This document shows, in pieces, positions 58,473-64,000 of a stretch of 64,000 nucleotides of DNA; within the stretch, counting starts at the first letter, position 1; every line of letters starts with the position of its first letter. The stretch is from the human T2T-CHM13v2.0 reference genome, Homo sapiens, in contig CP068257.2 in NCBI GenBank assembly GCA_009914755.4, positions 1,696,001-1,760,000 on the forward strand. The letters run 5' to 3'. Position numbers and translations under genes: made by a program. The notes beneath the pieces are model-generated. The model ran no database searches and was not told the origin of the DNA. It saw only the letters and a program-made list of their open reading frames with translations.

Positions 58473-61400
58473 TATACTGTACATAAAATATCAATGTACC
58501 CCAAATATATATTTTATACTCTACATGAAATATCAAAGTTCACAAACCATATATTATATACTGTACATAAAATATCAAAGTACCCAAGGTATATTTTCTA
58601 TACTGTACAAAAAATATCAAAGTACCCAAAGCATGTATTATATACTGTACATAAAATATGAAAGTACATCAAATATATATTTTATTCTGTACATAAAATA
58701 TCAAAGTACAGAAGATATATATTCTATAGTGTACATAAAATATCAAAGTACCCAAACTATACATTATATACTGTACATAAAATATGAAATTACATCAAAT
58801 ATATATTAGGTACTTAAAATATGAAAGTACATCAAATATAGATTATATACTGTACATTAAATATCAAAGTACCCGAAATATATATTATATACTGTACATG
58901 AAATATCAAAGTTCACAAACTATATATTATATACTGTACATAAAATATCAAAGTACCCAAGGTATATATTCTATACTGTACAAAAAATATCAAAGTACCC
59001 AAAGCATGTATTATATACTGTACATAAAATATGAAAGTACATCAAATATATATTTTATTCTGTACATAAAATATCAAAGTACACCAGATATATATTCTAT
59101 AGTGTACATAAAATAACAAAGTACACAAACTATAAATTATATACTGTACATAAAATATGAAATTACAACAAATATATATTAGGTACATAAAATATGAAAG
59201 TACATCAAATATAGATTATATACTGTACATATAATATCAATGTACCCCAAATATATATTTTATTCTCTACATGAAATATAAAGGTTCACAAACCATATAT
59301 TATATACTGTACATAAAATATCAAAGTACCCAAGGTATATATTCTATACTGTACAAAAAATATCAAAGTACCCAAAGCATGTATTATACACTGTACATAA
59401 AATATGAAAGTACATCAAATATATATTTTATTCTGTACATAAAATATCAAAGTACACCAGATATATATTCTATAGTGTACATAAAATATCAATTTACCCA
59501 AACTATACATTATATACTGTACATAAAATATGAAATTACATCAAATATTTATTATATTAGGTACATAAAATATGAAAGTACATCAAATATAGATTATATA
59601 CTGTACATAAAATATCAAAGTACCCCAAATATATATTATATACTCTACATGAAATATCAAAGTTCACAAACTATATATTATATACTGTACATAAAATATC
59701 AAAGCACCCAAGGTATACATTCTATACTGTACAAAAAATATCAAATACCCAAAGCATGTATTATATACTATATATAAAATATGAAAGTACATCAAATATA
59801 TATTTTAATCTGTACATAAAATATCAAAGTACACCAGATATATATTCTATAGTGTACATAAAATATCAAAGTACCCAAACTATAAATTATATACTTTACA
59901 TAAAATATGAAATTACATCAAATATATGTTAGGTACATAAAATATGAAAGTACATCAAATATAGATTATATACTGTACATAAAATATCAAAGTACCCCAA
60001 ATATATATTATATACTGTACATGAAATATCAAAGTTCAGAAACTATATATTATATACTGTACATAAAATATCAAAGTACCTAAGGTATATATTCTATACT
60101 GTACAAAAAATATCAAAGTACCCAAAGCATGTATTATATACTGTATATAAAATATGAAAGTACATCAAATATATATTTTATTCTGTACAGAAAATATCAA
60201 AGTACACCAGATATATATTCTATAGTGTACATAAAATAACAAAGTACACAAACTATAAATTATATACTATACATAAAATATGAAATTACATCAAATATAT
60301 ATTAGGTACATAAAATATGAAAGTACATCAAATATAGATTCTATACTGTACATATAATATCAATGTACCCCAAATATATATTTTATACTCTACATGAAAT
60401 ATCAAAGTTCACAAACCATAAATTATATACTGTACATAAAATGTCAAAGTACCCAAGGTATATATTCTATACTGTACAAATAATATCAAAGTACCAAAAG
60501 CATGTATTATATACTGTACATAAAATATGAAAGTACATCAAATATATATTTTATTCTGTACATAAAATATCAAAGTACACCAGATATATATTCTATAGTG
60601 TACATAAAATATCAAAGTACCCAAACTATACATTATATACTGTACATAAAATATGAAATTACATCAAATATATATTATATTAGGTACATAAAATATGAAA
60701 GTACATCAAATATAGATTATATACTGTACATTAAATACCAAAGTACCAAAAATATATATTATATACTCTACATGAAATATCAAAGTTCACAAACTATATA
60801 TTGTATACTGTACATAAAATATCAAAGTACCCAAGGTATATATTCTATATTGTACAAAAAATATCAAAGTACCCAAAGCATGTATTATACACTATATATA
60901 AAATATGAAAGTACATCAAATATATATTTTATTCTGTACATAAAATATCAAAGTACACCAGATATATATTCTATAGTGTACATAAAATATCAAAGTACCC
61001 AAACTATACATTATATAGTGTACATAAAATATGAAATTACATCAAATATATTTTATATTAGGTACATAAAATATGAAAGTACATCAAATATAGATTGTAT
61101 ACTGTACATTAAATACCAAAGTACCCCAAATATATATTTTATACTGTACATGAAATATCAAAGTTCACACACTATATATTATATACTGTACATAAAATAT
61201 CAAAGTACCCAAGGTATATATTCTATACTGTACAAAAAATATCAAAGTACCCAAAGCATGTATTATATACTGTACATAAAATATGAAAGTACATCAAATA
61301 TATATTTTATTCTGTACATAATATATCAAAATACACCAGATATATATTCTATAGTGTACATAAAATAACAAAGTACACAAACTATACATTATATACTGTA

Positions 61401-63345
61401 CATAAAATATGAAATTACATCAAATATATATTAGGTACATAAAATATGAAAGTACATCAAATATAGATTATATACTGTACATATAATATCAATGTACCCC
61501 AAATATATACTTTATACTCTACATGAAATATCAAAGTTCACAAACCATATATTATATACTGTACATAAAATATCAAAGTACCCAAGGTATATATTCTATA
61601 CTGTACAAAAAATATCAAAGTACCCAAAGCATGTATTATATACTGTACATAAAATATGAAAGTACATGAAATATATATTTTATTCTGTACATAAAATATC
61701 AAAGTACACCAGATATATATTCTATAGTGTACATAAAATATCAAAGTACCCAAACTATACATTATATACTGTACATAAAATATGAAATTACATCAAATAT
61801 ATATTATATTAGGTACATAAAATATGAAAGTACATCAAATATAGATTATATACTGTACATTAAATACCAAAGTACCAAAAATATATATTATATACTCAAC
61901 ATGAAATATCAAAGTTCACAAACTATATATTATATACTGTACATAAAATATCAAAGTACCCAAGGTATATATTCTATATTGTACAAAAAATATCAAAGTA
62001 CCCAAAGCATGTATTATATACTATATATAAAATATGAAAGTACATCAAATATATATTTTATTCTGTACATAAAATATCAAAGTACACCAGATATATATTC
62101 TATAGTGTACATAAAATATCAAAGTACCCAAACTATAAATTATATACTTTACATAAAATATGAAATTACATCAAATATATGTTAGGTACATAAAATATGA
62201 AAGTACATCAAATATAGATTATATACTGTACAAAAAATATCAAAGTACCCCAAATATATATTATATACTGTACATGAAATATCAAAGTTCACAAACTATA
62301 TATTATATACTGTACATAAAATATCAAAGTACCCAAGGTATATATTCTATACTGTACAAAAAATATCAAAGTACCCAAAGCATGTATTATATACTGTACA
62401 TAAAATATGAAAGTACATCAAATATATATTTAATTCTGTACATAAAATATCAAAGTACACCAGATATATATTCTATAGTGTACATAAAATATCAAAGTAC
62501 CCAAACTATACATTATATACTGTACATAAAATATGAAATTACGTCAAATATATATTATATTAGGTACATAAAATATGAAACTACATCAAATATAGATTAT
62601 ATACTGTACATATAATATCAATGTACCCCAAATATATACTTTATACTCTACATGAAATATCAAAGTTCACAAACCATATATTATATACTGTACATAAAAT
62701 ATCAAAGTACCCAAGGTATATATTCTATACTGTACAAAAAATATCAAAGTACCCAAAGCATGTATTATATACTGTACATAAAATATGAAATTACATCAAA
62801 TATATATTTTATTCTGAACATAAAATATCAAAGTACACCAGATATATATTCTATAGTGTACATAAAATATCAAAGTACCCAATCTATACATTATATATTG
62901 TACATAAAATATGAAATTACATCAAATATATATTAGGTACATAAAATATGAATGTACATCAAATATAGATTATATACTGTACATAAAATATCAAAGTACC
63001 CCAAATATATATTATATACTCTACATGAAATATCAAAGTTCACACACTATATATTATATACTGTACATAAAATATAAAAGTACCCAAGGTATATATTCTA
63101 TACTGTACAAAAAATATCAAAGAACCCAAACCATGTATTATATACTGTACATAAAATATGAAAGTACATCAAATATATATTTTATTCTGTACATAAAATA
63201 TCAAAGTACACCAGATATATATTCTATAGTGTACATAAAATAACAAAGTACACAAACTATACATTATGTACTGTACATAAAATATGAAATTACATCAAAT
63301 ATATATTAGGTACATAAAATATGAAAGTACATCAAATATAGATTA
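58473..63345. repeat. 4,873-bp super-repeat, copy b; a third, more diverged copy begins at ~63.3k and runs off the window
   Basis: See copy a. Pseudo-ORF 63284 resembles 58411 (shared GIFSIL variant) but with several substitutions. Confidence 0.8.
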
Positions 63346-64000
63346 TATACTGTACATAAAATATCAATGTACCCCAAATATATATTTTATACTCTACATG
63401 AAATATCAAAGTTCACAAACCATATATTATATACTGTACATAAAATATCAAAGTACCCAAGGTATATTTTCTATACTGTACAAAAAATATCAAAGTACCC
63501 AAAACATGTATTATATACTGTACATAAAATATGAAAGTACATCAATTATATATTTTATTCTGTACATAAAATATCAAAGTACACCAGGTATATATTCTAT
63601 AGTGTACATAAAATAACAAAGTACCCAAACTATACATTATATACTGTACATAAAATATGAAATTACATCAAATATATATTATATTAGGTACATAAAATAT
63701 GAAAGTACATCAAATATAGATTATATACTGTACATTAAATACCAAAGTACCCCAAATATATATTTTATACTGTACATGAAATATCAAAGTTCACAAACTA
63801 TATATTATATACTGTACATAAAATATCAAAGTACCTAAGGTATATATTCTATACTGTACAAAAAATATCAAAGTACCCAAAGCATGTATTATATACTGTA
63901 TATAAAATATGAAAGTACATCAAATATATATTTTATTCTGTACAGAAAATATCAAAGTACACCAGATATATATTCTATAGTGTACATAAAATAACAAAGT

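Larger units (their letters stand above)
1..64000. repeat. Uninterrupted tandem satellite array of a 42-bp AT-rich monomer (consensus ~TATCAAAGTACCCAAACTATATATTATATACTGTACATAAAA), all copies in the same orientation; ~1,500 monomers
   Basis: Direct reading: the string 'tatcaaag' (or a 1-2 nt variant) recurs every 42 bp from position 1 to 64000. Every 60-nt line inspected is composed of this unit. I saw no unique sequence, inversion or foreign insertion. The ORF track shows a single family of periodic pseudo-proteins across the whole window. Confidence 0.97.

Noticed and set aside
1-64000. CRISPR array
   Set aside because: The repeats are contiguous with no unique spacers between them, the period is 42 bp with no repeat-spacer alternation, the array is 64 kb long, and no cas genes or leader are present.
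1-64000. Giant repetitive low-complexity protein gene of an AT-rich protist (Plasmodium or Dictyostelium style)
   Set aside because: Stop codons interrupt the open frame every 0.2-1.3 kb at recurrent variant monomers. There is no unique N- or C-terminal coding sequence or flanking genes. The frame is maintained only by repeat periodicity.
1-64000. Transposable element insertions, telomeric (TTAGGG-like) repeats, or rRNA/tRNA genes embedded in the array
   Set aside because: Line-by-line inspection and the ORF track show only the 42-bp satellite family. I found no stretch of different composition, no G-rich telomere-like motif and no structured RNA-like segment.

Overview
The whole 64-kb window is one uninterrupted, head-to-tail tandem satellite array, AT-rich (about 21% GC judged from the consensus). 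I found no credible protein-coding gene, RNA gene, mobile element, CRISPR array or unique-sequence island. This is ordinary satellite DNA, with no sign of a novel gene system.

The array has three nested levels:
- **Monomer:** 42 bp, consensus approximately TATCAAAGTACCCAAACTATATATTATATACTGTACATAAAA.
- **Higher-order repeat (HOR):** nine diverged monomer subtypes (A to I) recur in fixed order, about 373-378 bp per unit (for example 1-378 and 379-756). The window holds roughly 170 HOR copies.
- **Multi-kb super-repeats:** a 16,140-bp unit in three copies, a 4.13-kb unit in three copies and a 4,873-bp unit in two copies.

Key structural points:
- The first 8.1 kb of the 16,140-bp unit occurs three times, at 1-8100, 16141-24240 and 28526-36625.
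- Copy 2 of that unit carries two deletions relative to copy 1, of 1,504 bp (4 HOR) and 2,251 bp (6 HOR). Both are exact multiples of the HOR length, and I could localise both junctions.
- Copies of each super-repeat are nearly identical, and every indel between them is an HOR multiple. This is the classic footprint of unequal crossing-over or gene conversion in a satellite array, most plausibly a eukaryotic centromeric or pericentromeric one.

All ORFs in the supplied track are artefacts. Because 42 = 3 x 14, one reading frame of the monomer has no stop codon, so it yields long Tyr/Ile/Lys-rich pseudo-proteins. They start and stop only at indel-bearing monomer variants (a 37-bp and a 39-bp variant).
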